A stretch of 53,219 nt of DNA, from positions 1-53,219 of the forward strand of contig JAZNRX010000227.1 in NCBI GenBank assembly GCA_045590915.1, read 5' to 3'. Origin of the DNA: Acutalibacteraceae bacterium. GTDB taxonomy: Bacteria; Bacillota; Clostridia; Oscillospirales; Acutalibacteraceae. Shown here one piece after another: positions 35,295 to 44,815 of the stretch (position 1 is the stretch's first letter; every line of letters begins with the position of its first letter). The notes below the pieces were generated by a model. The model saw only the letters and a list, made by a program, of their open reading frames with translations, was not told the origin of the DNA and searched no databases. A program made the translations under genes and the position numbers.

Positions 35295-37769
35295 ATGAAA
35301 CTTTTGGACAAGGCAAAAAATATTGTTTCAGACATTTTCACCTATTGGGACAAACCGGCTGCAGGCAAATATGTGCCGTATAAAGGCATTTTCGGCTATT
35401 CTGTAGGCGGCATCGGTGCTTATTTGATCATAACACTCGGCACCGCGTGTCTGCTCTCTGCAAACAACACCCTTCTTACAATGACACTGGGTGTAAAGCC
35501 CACCCATGTCTACATAATGTATGTCATCTGCGTTCTTGCAAACATTCCGCTTACGGGAATAAGAGCAAACATAATAGACAACACCCGTAACAAAGCAGGT
35601 AAATACCGTCCGTATATTCTCACCATGGCTGTGCCTTCCGCACTTCTCTGTCTTGCCATGGTATGGATTCCTTACGGCAAATTCTCGGAAATTCCTTTCC
35701 TTCAGGGCGAGATTTTCGGCCAGACAAAAGCTTATGTTCTTAAATGTGCCATCATTTTTGTTATAAATCTGCTTTTACATTTCTTCTACTATTTCTTCTA
35801 CGATGCATATGAAAATCTCATCCATGTTCTCTCCCCCGATTCACAGGAAAGAGCCAATGTGCAGTCAGTAAAGAGCGTTGTATATTCCTTTGCTCCCACG
35901 GTTGTTAACCTGCTCACTCCCCTCATAGCAGGAAATATTTTCCACACAAACACAACCGACATCCGTGTTTACAGACTTTTATATCCCATTCTGACCGTGC
36001 TCGGACTTCTTCTTTGCATCCTTGTTTATAAGAATACAGAAGAAAAAATCGTTCAGGCGAGAACACACGTTGTTCAGATCAAATTCATTGACGCTTTAAG
36101 AGCTGTTGCAAAAAACAAATATTTCTGGGTAATCTCCCTTGCCGGCTGGATAGGCTTTCTTGAAGCATCCTATGCAAACATTCTCTCATGGCTTTATAAC
36201 TACGGCGGTGCCTGTAACAGTAATGAATATGCCCTTATTGTTACGGTTTACGGAAATGCATCACTCTGGGGCATGATAATGGCTCCCTTTGCAATCAAAA
36301 AATGGGGCAAAAAGGCTGTGCTTATCGTAACAAACCTTTTCAATGTTCTCTTCATTCTCATGATGCTTCCCTGCTGTCAGGAAATTTCCCATATGACCAT
36401 ATGGCTTGTTATGGGATGTCTGTGGCTCAATGCCCTTATGGGATCTTTCGCACACATTCTCAACCCCGCAATCCAGGCTGATATCCGCGACTATCAGCAG
36501 TATAAGACCGGCGAAAGAATTGACGGTATGTTCTCTGCAGTTGCAACAATCGGCACGGTTATCACCCTTGCAACCTCAAGCGTTCTTCCCATAGTTTATG
36601 AAAAGAGCGGACTTACAGAAACAAATGCTCTTAAAATCACCTCCGATCCGAGTATTCTCGGAAGAATGCTCGGCGACGGAAAAACTGTCGGCGAAATCCT
36701 TGCGGACCAGCTTGCAAAAGGTCAGGATAACTATTCCAATGCAACCTCTGCTCTTTATGATACTAATATCCTTCTCAACCTTCTCCAGATTCTTATCATT
36801 CTCGCAGCAGTCGGTGCATTTATGAATGTTATTCCTTTCTTCTGGTATGACTTCAATGAAATCAAGCAGAAATCCGTTGTCCGTGTTCTTAAGGTCAGAG
36901 CAATGTTTGAAGATTTCGGAAACAATGTGACAAATGACACAGGACTTGTTGACGGTATCGAAATCATAAGAAACTCCCGCAAAAACTGCAGTCTTGAGCC
37001 TGCAGCCCTCGACAAAAAGAGCTATCGCTCAATAAAAGACAAGGCAGAAAAGAAGGCAGCAAAAAAAGCCTATAATGAAGCAAAAGAATTCAATAAAGAA
37101 ATTGAAATTGCAAAATTCGTGTGCGAAGAGCTTGACCATTTCAATTCCCGTGTCGGAAAATTCCGTCTGTCACAGGCAAAAGAGCTTTACGCTATGGGAA
37201 TAAATGCAATTCTCACAATGAATAAAACCAACATAAAAGAGGAGCTCAGGGCAGCAAAGCTTATGCCGTCTTCTTCAAAGGAAGAAAAGGAAATGAGAAA
37301 AGCTGCCATTGAAAATGCAAAGAAAAAGCTCACTGCAATATCCTCCGTAAAGAAATATTTCAAAAACACCACTGAGCTTGTTCAGCCCGATTTCGCAGAG
37401 CTTGACCGCCTCTACGACAGAGAGGATGCCATAAACCTTGAAATGAAGGAGCTTTATGTCAGCCTTGATGCCGCAAAGAAATTGAAGAATGCAGCAGAGA
37501 ATGCAGAGCTTTCACAGAAAATTGCATCTCTCAAGGCAGAAAAGAAGGATATTCAGGCTGCAATAAAGGACGAAATGAACCGTCACGCATACTTCAACCG
37601 CGCCGCAAAGCCCTATGTTGATGCCGAAAAGCTGATAAAGCAGGCAGAAAACTACACTCACCTTAATGAGATTGAAGACTCATATGAGGAAGCACTTCTC
37701 CGCGTAAATGAAGCCAAGGCTTTACAGGAGGAGGAAGAACTCAGAGAAAAAGCGGCAAAAGGCAAATAA
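35295..37769 (+). CDS. MFS/GPH-type transporter fused to a roughly 300-aa C-terminal K/E/A-rich coiled-coil domain
   Basis: 824 aa. Roughly the first 520 aa hold about 12 hydrophobic helices. From about residue 530 the sequence is hydrophilic and heptad-like (KKAAKKAYNEAKEFNKEIEIAK..., ...AENAELSQKIASLKAEKKDIQAAIKDE...). SD is AAGGAG. Confidence 0.7.
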   Translation: MKLLDKAKNIVSDIFTYWDKPAAGKYVPYKGIFGYSVGGIGAYLIITLGTACLLSANNTLLTMTLGVKPTHVYIMYVICVLANIPLTGIRANIIDNTRNKAGKYRPYILTMAVPSALLCLAMVWIPYGKFSEIPFLQGEIFGQTKAYVLKCAIIFVINLLLHFFYYFFYDAYENLIHVLSPDSQERANVQSVKSVVYSFAPTVVNLLTPLIAGNIFHTNTTDIRVYRLLYPILTVLGLLLCILVYKNTEEKIVQARTHVVQIKFIDALRAVAKNKYFWVISLAGWIGFLEASYANILSWLYNYGGACNSNEYALIVTVYGNASLWGMIMAPFAIKKWGKKAVLIVTNLFNVLFILMMLPCCQEISHMTIWLVMGCLWLNALMGSFAHILNPAIQADIRDYQQYKTGERIDGMFSAVATIGTVITLATSSVLPIVYEKSGLTETNALKITSDPSILGRMLGDGKTVGEILADQLAKGQDNYSNATSALYDTNILLNLLQILIILAAVGAFMNVIPFFWYDFNEIKQKSVVRVLKVRAMFEDFGNNVTNDTGLVDGIEIIRNSRKNCSLEPAALDKKSYRSIKDKAEKKAAKKAYNEAKEFNKEIEIAKFVCEELDHFNSRVGKFRLSQAKELYAMGINAILTMNKTNIKEELRAAKLMPSSSKEEKEMRKAAIENAKKKLTAISSVKKYFKNTTELVQPDFAELDRLYDREDAINLEMKELYVSLDAAKKLKNAAENAELSQKIASLKAEKKDIQAAIKDEMNRHAYFNRAAKPYVDAEKLIKQAENYTHLNEIEDSYEEALLRVNEAKALQEEEELREKAAKGK

Positions 37770-37820
37770 TGTTTTACAGGGGAGAAAAAAAGCTTTCTCC
37801 CCGAAAGAAAGAAGATAGTA

Positions 37821-38369
37821 ATGAAGCTTAAAATATTCTATGAAAAAATCTACGGCAAAATATTTTCAATTCCCCTTTTCAAGAGCCTTCTGAAAATTCC
37901 GGTAGTTGAAAAGCTTCTGCAGTATGAAATAGTGTCCTACCTCTTTTTCGGCGTTCTCACTACCGTTGTGAATTTCATCACGTATATGGCTATGGGAATT
38001 TTTGCAGGCGAAAACTATGAGGAGAAAATCCTTTTCTCCGTAGGCTCCTTTGATTTTCAGTTAGTCCTTCTTATGAACGCTGTTGCATGGATTGCCTCTG
38101 TTGTGTTTTCGTTTATAACAAACAAGCTCTTTGTTTTTGAAAGCAGCTCATGGAAGGCAGGAGTTTTTCTCAAGGAATTCCTTTCCTTTGTGGGTGCAAG
38201 AGTAATTTCCTTCCTTATTTTCGAGGAGCTTATATTTGCACTTCTCATCAATATTTTCGGAATACGCGACCTTTTTGCGAAACTTGCGGTTGCGGTTTTC
38301 GTTGTAATCTTTAATTACGTGGCAAGCAAGCTTGTCATTTTCCGAAAAAAAGGAGAAAAAGATGCTTAA
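37821..38369 (+). CDS. GtrA-family membrane protein
   Basis: 182 aa with four TM helices, YLFFGVLTTVVNFITY and a C-terminal NYVASKLVIF. Confidence 0.7.
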   Translation: MKLKIFYEKIYGKIFSIPLFKSLLKIPVVEKLLQYEIVSYLFFGVLTTVVNFITYMAMGIFAGENYEEKILFSVGSFDFQLVLLMNAVAWIASVVFSFITNKLFVFESSSWKAGVFLKEFLSFVGARVISFLIFEELIFALLINIFGIRDLFAKLAVAVFVVIFNYVASKLVIFRKKGEKDA

Positions 38370-39072
38370 TATTGCCGTTTGCGACGACGAAAAGTATATA
38401 AGCGATTTTCTGCAGAAATCCGTAATGGACTGTCTTGCAAAAGCCGACCTTGAAGGAAGTGTGACGGTTTTTGATGACGGTCAGCCCTTGGTTGACCTTT
38501 ACAAAGCCGAAAAAGCCAATTTCGATATAATTCTTCTTGACATCACAATGAGAGAATGCGACGGAATGACAGCAGCAAAAATAATAAGAGGCTTTGACAG
38601 TAAGGTTATGATAGTTTTCGTCACTGCCTCCGCCGAATATGTTTTTTCGGGCTATGAGGTGAGAGCCTTCAGATATATTCTCAAGCCCGAGCTTCTTCAC
38701 GGCTTCACGGGTGTGTTCAAGGAGTGCCTCGATGAAATAACAAAATCCAATGAGCAGCGCTTCACCTTCCAGAAGGCCGCAGAAACCGTCAGTGTGCCTC
38801 TTCGCGACATCCTTTATTTTGAAAGCGATAAGAGAATAATAAACATAATAACATCAAATGAAGAATTCTCCTTTTACGGCAAGCTTGATGACATTGAAGC
38901 TCAACTGAAAAAGCAGGATTTTGTCAGATGCCACCAATCATTCCTTGTAAATGCAAAAAAAATAACCTCTGTCAGAAACAATGAGCTCTCCCTCAACAAC
39001 GGAAAAAGCATCCCCGTCAGCAAAAGACGGGCAAAAGAAACCAACGAAGCATTTTTATGGGCAATGAGATAA
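38362..39072 (+). CDS. LytTR-family response regulator (canonical receiver)
   Basis: The receiver has CDDEK and the phospho-acceptor context FDIILLDITM. The C-terminal domain is LytTR (FVRCHQSFLVN). The ATG at 38362 has GGAGAAAAAG upstream and overlaps the end of gtrA. Confidence 0.85.
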   Translation: MLNIAVCDDEKYISDFLQKSVMDCLAKADLEGSVTVFDDGQPLVDLYKAEKANFDIILLDITMRECDGMTAAKIIRGFDSKVMIVFVTASAEYVFSGYEVRAFRYILKPELLHGFTGVFKECLDEITKSNEQRFTFQKAAETVSVPLRDILYFESDKRIINIITSNEEFSFYGKLDDIEAQLKKQDFVRCHQSFLVNAKKITSVRNNELSLNNGKSIPVSKRRAKETNEAFLWAMR

Positions 39073-39075
39073 GCT

Positions 39076-40428
39076 ATGATTGAAATAATTACCGAAAACT
39101 ATCAGGATATAATACTGAACACCGCAAGAATTTTTTCCTCGGTGTTTGAAATTCTGTTGGCATTTCTTCTCATAAACAATTTTTTCAAGCCACGTGCCCG
39201 TCTTAAGAAGGTGGATTATATCCCCTTTTTCCTGCTTGCCGCCGCGGTTATCTTTCTGCAGGAATATAAAAATGTGGGCTACACAAAATATATACTGGAA
39301 TGTGTTGTTCTGATAATAATCCTTTTCGGTATGTATCAGGGAAAGCTCAGGCACAAGCTTGCGGGTAGCGTAATCTTCATTGCACTTCTCGGAATATCCG
39401 TTGTGCTTTCGGACCTCTCATACGGTATTATAACAGACCATATGAACACCCCTACGGACGAAAGCTCACCCTTTTCGGCACTTCTTAAAATAACTCTTTC
39501 CAACACTATAATGATTCCCCTTGCAGTGCTAACGGGAACACTTCTCAAGGACAGAGCCAACGGAAGCCTTGCCTTCAGAATGTGGACGGGACTTTTAGTT
39601 GTCCCTGCTGTGACACTTATAACCTTTTCCGTATTCCAGTATATAATCGAAACATATGAACTGAACCAACAGATAAAGGCATACATCTATCTTTCCTGCA
39701 CAGGCATAATTCTCATAAATGCCGTGGTTTTTGTAATGTTCTGGTTCAACCAGCGTCAACACGGAATAAAAAGAGAAAATGACCTTCTGACCTCACAGAT
39801 AAATTCACAGGAAATATCAATAAAAAATCTTGAGAATGCATATAACCGTACAAGGAACTTCCGTCACGATATAAAAAATCATCTTCTGACAATGAACATC
39901 CTTGCGGAAAACGGTGATATTGATGAGATAAAAAAATATCTCAAGGAAATGAGCGTAATTTTAGACGAATCCTCATATGTGAGAATTACAGGCATTTCGG
40001 CAGTGGATGCCATTCTCAACGAAAAGCTCTATGAGGCACAGTCCCACAGCATAACGACTAATTACGATGTTATGCATATGACCGAAAATAATATAAAGCC
40101 TGTGGATATGTGCATAATTCTCAGTAACGCTCTGGATAATGCAATAGAGGCAAATCAGTCAATAGAGGAACCCGAAAAAAGATATATAAAGCTCAAAATG
40201 TCGGGTAACGGTGATTTTACTGTAATTTCAGTTATCAATCCTACCGACAAGGCTCCCGTAAAACGCTCACCCAACACCTATGTAACATCAAAAAATGATG
40301 CCAAAAATCACGGCTTCGGTCTTAAAAGTATTGAAAGCACCGCCAAAAAATACGACGGTGAAATGCTTACAAAATATGAAGACAAAACCTTTACTCTTGT
40401 AATAAAGCTTAATGCACAATCCGATTGA
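39076..40428 (+). CDS. AgrC/LytS-like GHKL sensor histidine kinase
   Basis: About six N-terminal TM helices, H-box RNFRHDIKNHL, N-box LSNALDNAIEA and G-box NHGFGLKSIE. Confidence 0.85.
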   Translation: MIEIITENYQDIILNTARIFSSVFEILLAFLLINNFFKPRARLKKVDYIPFFLLAAAVIFLQEYKNVGYTKYILECVVLIIILFGMYQGKLRHKLAGSVIFIALLGISVVLSDLSYGIITDHMNTPTDESSPFSALLKITLSNTIMIPLAVLTGTLLKDRANGSLAFRMWTGLLVVPAVTLITFSVFQYIIETYELNQQIKAYIYLSCTGIILINAVVFVMFWFNQRQHGIKRENDLLTSQINSQEISIKNLENAYNRTRNFRHDIKNHLLTMNILAENGDIDEIKKYLKEMSVILDESSYVRITGISAVDAILNEKLYEAQSHSITTNYDVMHMTENNIKPVDMCIILSNALDNAIEANQSIEEPEKRYIKLKMSGNGDFTVISVINPTDKAPVKRSPNTYVTSKNDAKNHGFGLKSIESTAKKYDGEMLTKYEDKTFTLVIKLNAQSD

Positions 40429-40438
40429 GGTGGAAATT

Positions 40439-41350
40439 ATGAATAAAGAAATTCTCAGTGAAATCAGAAAGCTCAAGGAAGAAACAGGAACGGTAATTCT
40501 TGCCCACACCTATCAGAATCCCGAAATAATCGAAATTGCCGATATTACGGGTGACTCCTTTGCTCTTGCAAAAAAAAGTCTTGAAGCAGGTGCAAAAAGG
40601 GTTATTATGTGCGGTGTTCGCTTTATGGCGGAAAGCGTAAAAATACTTTCTCCCGAAACCGAGGTTATTCTTCCCGTCCCCGAAGCCACCTGTCCCATGG
40701 CTGAAATGATAAGCCCCGAAAGAGTAAGAGAATACAAAAAGAACAACCCTGAGGCTATGGTTGTTGCATATATAAACACCACCGCCGCACTGAAGGCGGA
40801 ATGCGACGTGTGTGTCACCTCCTCAAGTGCTCTTAAAATCGTCGGACAGCTCAATTCTCCCGAAATTCTTTTCATTCCCGATAAAAATCTCGGCACCTTT
40901 GTAAAAGAGCTTTTCCCCGAAAAAAATATTGTGGTGTGGGACGGCTACTGCCCCATACACGCGAGAATTACAGAGGATGATATACTGAAAGCAAAAAATG
41001 AGCATCCCGAGGCACTTCTTGCAGTCCATCCCGAATGTGAAAGGGATGTTGTGAAGCACGCCGATATGGCAGGCTCAACAGCAGAAATAATTGACTATGC
41101 ACTGAAAGCAGATAAGCCCGTAATCATAGGCACGGAAAGAGGCGTTGCGGATTATCTTATCCCCCATTATCCCGAAAAGGTCTTCTATCACCTTTGCCCC
41201 GAAAAGCTTACCTGCAAGGATATGAAATATACAACTCCCGAAAGCATCCTTCTTGCCCTTAAGGGTGAGGGCGGAGAAAAAATTGAGCTGTGCGAGGAGC
41301 TTCGAATTAAAGCTAAGCACAGTATAGATGAGATGCTCAGACTCGGTTAA
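40439..41350 (+). CDS. nadA: Quinolinate synthase
   Basis: ILAHTYQ, CPMAEM, AYINTTA and VHPEC segments. SD GAGGTGG lies 10 nt after the kinase stop. Confidence 0.9.
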   Translation: MNKEILSEIRKLKEETGTVILAHTYQNPEIIEIADITGDSFALAKKSLEAGAKRVIMCGVRFMAESVKILSPETEVILPVPEATCPMAEMISPERVREYKKNNPEAMVVAYINTTAALKAECDVCVTSSSALKIVGQLNSPEILFIPDKNLGTFVKELFPEKNIVVWDGYCPIHARITEDDILKAKNEHPEALLAVHPECERDVVKHADMAGSTAEIIDYALKADKPVIIGTERGVADYLIPHYPEKVFYHLCPEKLTCKDMKYTTPESILLALKGEGGEKIELCEELRIKAKHSIDEMLRLG

Positions 41351-41362
41351 GAGGTGAAAAAA

Positions 41363-42826
41363 ATGGCAGACAATGTAAATGTAGTTGATGTTCTTATTGT
41401 AGGCTCGGGAGTTGCGGGCATGTACGGTGCTTTGCAATTTGATAACGATACGAGCGTTATGATACTTTCAAAATATTCAAAAACCACCTCCAATTCAAAT
41501 CTTGCACAGGGCGGTGTTGCCGCAGTGCTTGATACCGTCAATGACAGCTTTGACCTTCACATAAAGGATACCTTTATTGCAGGCCGCCACGAAAACGATC
41601 CCGAAAGCGTTGATGTCCTTGTCAGCGAGGGCCCCGACGATGTGAGAAAAATCATGGAAATGGGCGTACGCTTTGACAGGGATAAGGACGGAGAGCTTGA
41701 TATGACTCTTGAGGGCGGTCACTGCAAAAGAAGAATTGTCCATTATAAAGACTGCACAGGTGCGGAAATGGTCAGAGGTCTTTTAGCACAGGTTGAGCAG
41801 AGAGAAAATATCATTTACAAGGAAAACACCGTTCTTGTCAGACTTGTCCGTGTCAGAAGCGGTTTTCGGGCAGACCTTCTTCACGACGGTGAATATTCCA
41901 GTGTATTCTGCAGCTTCTGCATGCTTTGCACAGGCGGTGTGGGAAGAGTTTACAAGTATACAACAAACCCCAAATCCGCAACAGGTGACGGCATAAGAAT
42001 AGCCTATGAATTAGGTGCAAAAATTAAAAATCTCAGCTACATACAGTTCCATCCCACTGCCTTCAATTCCGAAAACGGCGAGCAGTTTCTGATAAGCGAA
42101 TCCGTCAGAGGCGAGGGTGCATATCTTCTCAACTGCAACAAGGAGAGATTTATGGACCGCTATGATGATCGCCTTGAGCTTGCCCCCCGTGATGTAGTTT
42201 CCAAGTCAATCATCCTTGAAAGCAGAAGAACGGGAAGCAATAATTTCTATCTGGACATCACCCATGAGGATGCCGACTTCTTAAGAGAACGCTTCCCCGC
42301 AATTTCCGAGGGCTGCAGTCAGTACGGTGTTGATATAACAAAGGATCTCATTCCGGTATTCCCCTGTCAGCACTATCTTATGGGCGGAATTGAGGTTGAC
42401 ATTGACTCAAAAACAACGGTTCCCCGCCTTTATGCCTGCGGTGAGTGTGCAAACACAGGTGTTCATGGCAAAAACCGTCTTGCAAGTAATTCACTGCTTG
42501 AGGCTCTCGTATTCTCAAGGCGTGCGGCAGAGGATATAAAAAGATGTATGCTTAACGGCTTTGCAAAGGTAAGCGAGCTTCCCGTTGAGCTTGATTTTTC
42601 AGGTGCACCTCTCCCCGAGGGACTTCGCACGGAAATCAGAAGCATTATGCAAAGAGCATATTTCGTGCTTCCCGATGCAGGTGCAATACGCTTCGGTCTT
42701 AAGCAGATAGACAACATCTTAAAGCGTCTCAAGGGTGCAAAGTATGCCCAGACCACAAAATATCTGGAAGCCCTGTCACTTGCCACCTGCGCATATATAA
42801 TACTTAAAGAAGCAGAGGAATCCTGA
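41363..42826 (+). CDS. nadB: L-aspartate oxidase
   Basis: FAD motif VLIVGSGVAGM, plus HYLMGGI and RLASNSLLEALVF. The ATG at 41363 follows AAGAGGTGA. Confidence 0.9.
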   Translation: MADNVNVVDVLIVGSGVAGMYGALQFDNDTSVMILSKYSKTTSNSNLAQGGVAAVLDTVNDSFDLHIKDTFIAGRHENDPESVDVLVSEGPDDVRKIMEMGVRFDRDKDGELDMTLEGGHCKRRIVHYKDCTGAEMVRGLLAQVEQRENIIYKENTVLVRLVRVRSGFRADLLHDGEYSSVFCSFCMLCTGGVGRVYKYTTNPKSATGDGIRIAYELGAKIKNLSYIQFHPTAFNSENGEQFLISESVRGEGAYLLNCNKERFMDRYDDRLELAPRDVVSKSIILESRRTGSNNFYLDITHEDADFLRERFPAISEGCSQYGVDITKDLIPVFPCQHYLMGGIEVDIDSKTTVPRLYACGECANTGVHGKNRLASNSLLEALVFSRRAAEDIKRCMLNGFAKVSELPVELDFSGAPLPEGLRTEIRSIMQRAYFVLPDAGAIRFGLKQIDNILKRLKGAKYAQTTKYLEALSLATCAYIILKEAEES

Positions 42827-42850
42827 TTTTGCTTCACTAAATCAGGCTTT

Positions 42851-42989
42851 AATTCGGAATTCGGAATTCGGATTTCGGAGAAACAATCAGCTTCAGTTTG
42901 TACTTCAAACTATTTAATTATTTATCATTAACAAAACACGACACTTAAAGTTTTCATATCTCCGAATTCCGAACTCCGAATTCCGAATT
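42851..42989. mobile_element. 139-bp MITE-like element with 31-nt heptad-repeat terminal inverted repeats, between nadB and nadC
   Basis: The left arm is AATTCGGAATTCGGAATTCGGATTTCGGAGA (42851-42881). The right arm is TCTCCGAATTCCGAACTCCGAATTCCGAATT (42959-42989). The arms are complementary at 29 of 31 positions and enclose a 77-bp AT-rich core. Confidence 0.7.
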
Positions 42990-43041
42990 ATTTTTTCTCG
43001 GTTTCAGTTTACGGTTTTCGAACAGTCAAAGGAGAAAAAAT

Positions 43042-43878
43042 ATGTTGTTGCCTCAGTTTTACATTGACGATATTATAAAAAAGGCTCTGGCGGAGGATAT
43101 TAATTATCTTGACACTGCCACAGCTTATGTTATTCCCGAAGATGCCATTACCACTGCAAAATTTGTTTCAAAGGCTCAGGGTGTTCTTTGCGGCATTGAA
43201 ATAGCCTTAAGGGTTTTCCGGCTTCTCGACTCAGACTGTCAGTTCACCGTTTATAAGCAGGACGGCGACAGAATTCAGCAGGGCGACCTTATTGCAACAA
43301 TGAAGGGCAAGGCATCAATGCTTTTACAGGGAGAAAGAACCGCTCTCAATATTTTACAGCATATGTCGGGTATTGCCACCGCTACAAATGAAGCGGTTGA
43401 GCTTGTAAAGGGTACGTCTGTCAGCATTGCGGATACAAGAAAAACTCTCCCCGGACTTCGTGCCTTACAGAAATATGCAGTAACCTGCGGAGGCGGCAAA
43501 AACCACCGCTATAATCTTTCCGACTGTGCAATGCTCAAGGATAATCACATTGATGCAGGCGGCGGAATTACCGCAACAGTAAAGGCTCTTCGCGAAAAAA
43601 TCGGACATACGGTTAAAATTGAAGTTGAAACAAGAAATATGGACGAGGTAAAAGAAGCGGTTTCGGCAGGAGCAGACATCATTATGCTTGACAATATGAG
43701 TGCCGAACAGATGAAGGAAGCCGTTACATTTATTGACGGCAGAGCCTTAACCGAGGCTTCCGGCAACATCACTGCCGAAAATATCAGGGAAAAGGCTTCA
43801 TCGGGAATTGACATCATTTCCATGGGAGCACTTACCCACTCCGTAAAAGCATTTGACATTTCAATGAGAATTGACTGA
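43042..43878 (+). CDS. nadC: Nicotinate-nucleotide diphosphorylase (carboxylating)
   Basis: 278 aa with ERTALN, TRKT, MLKDNHI and IMLDNM motifs. Confidence 0.9.
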   Translation: MLLPQFYIDDIIKKALAEDINYLDTATAYVIPEDAITTAKFVSKAQGVLCGIEIALRVFRLLDSDCQFTVYKQDGDRIQQGDLIATMKGKASMLLQGERTALNILQHMSGIATATNEAVELVKGTSVSIADTRKTLPGLRALQKYAVTCGGGKNHRYNLSDCAMLKDNHIDAGGGITATVKALREKIGHTVKIEVETRNMDEVKEAVSAGADIIMLDNMSAEQMKEAVTFIDGRALTEASGNITAENIREKASSGIDIISMGALTHSVKAFDISMRID

Positions 43879-44735
43879 TGAAAAAGCTGTCTTCAAGAAA
43901 AAAAACACTGTCAGTGTGTTTTTCTCTGATATTTCTTCTGTTATTCAGCCTTTATGCCTACTATCAGAACAATTATCTCACCGTAACAAATTACGGCATA
44001 AGCGATGAAAAAATCCCCGAAGCCTTTGACGGCTTTGTCATAGCACAGGTTTCCGATTTTCATAATACCCAATCGGAAAAGCTTCAGGAGGATGTCATCA
44101 ACGCACTTCGGGAAATAAAGCCCGATATAATTGTGCTGACGGGAGATTTCATTGATACGAGAAAAACCGACACCGCCCTTGCCCTCTCTTATGCCGAAAG
44201 GCTTATTTCAGTTGCTCCCGTTTATATGTCTGCGGGAAATCATGAGGCGGCAACAGTTTACGAATATCCGCCCTTTGAAAAGGATATGCGTTCTCTCGGA
44301 GTAACGGTTCTTCGCAACAACTGTGAACAAATAGAGAAAAACGGACAGCTCATAAATATTATGGGCATTGACGATCCCGTATTCTTCCCCGGTGAAGATA
44401 AATATGAAAAAATCGCACAGGGAATTGACAGTGTTGAATACGATAAAAGCATTTTTACAATAACCCTCTCCCATCGCCCCGAAGTTTTCAGGGTTTATGT
44501 TGAAAAGAAGCAGGACCTTGTGCTGTCGGGCCACGCCCACGGCGGACAGTTCCGACTGCCCTTTATCGGAGGTCTTTTCATCCCCACGGAAGGCTTATTT
44601 CCGAAATACACCGAAGGAGTTCACGAGGAGCAGGAAACAAAAATGGTCATAAGCCGAGGCATCGGCTCAAGTGTATTCCCCATAAGAATAAACAACCGCC
44701 CCGAGCTTGTAATAATAACTCTCATGAACAGCTGA
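43878..44735 (+). CDS. Membrane-anchored metallophosphoesterase (YkuE-like)
   Basis: N-terminal TM helix, then VSDFHN, LTGDFID, GNHE and GHAHGGQ. The ATG overlaps the nadC stop. Confidence 0.8.
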   Translation: MKKLSSRKKTLSVCFSLIFLLLFSLYAYYQNNYLTVTNYGISDEKIPEAFDGFVIAQVSDFHNTQSEKLQEDVINALREIKPDIIVLTGDFIDTRKTDTALALSYAERLISVAPVYMSAGNHEAATVYEYPPFEKDMRSLGVTVLRNNCEQIEKNGQLINIMGIDDPVFFPGEDKYEKIAQGIDSVEYDKSIFTITLSHRPEVFRVYVEKKQDLVLSGHAHGGQFRLPFIGGLFIPTEGLFPKYTEGVHEEQETKMVISRGIGSSVFPIRINNRPELVIITLMNS

Positions 44736-44774
44736 AAACTCTGACTGACAAAGAAATACTGCAATTAAAATTGC

Positions 44775-44796
44775 CGGATATCCCTCGGGATATCCG
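44775..44796. terminator. Hairpin between convergent genes
   Basis: CGGATATCCC-tc-GGGATATCCG. A short T-run follows on the minus strand. Confidence 0.6.
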
Positions 44797-44815
44797 ACAG
44801 TCTCATATTATATTT

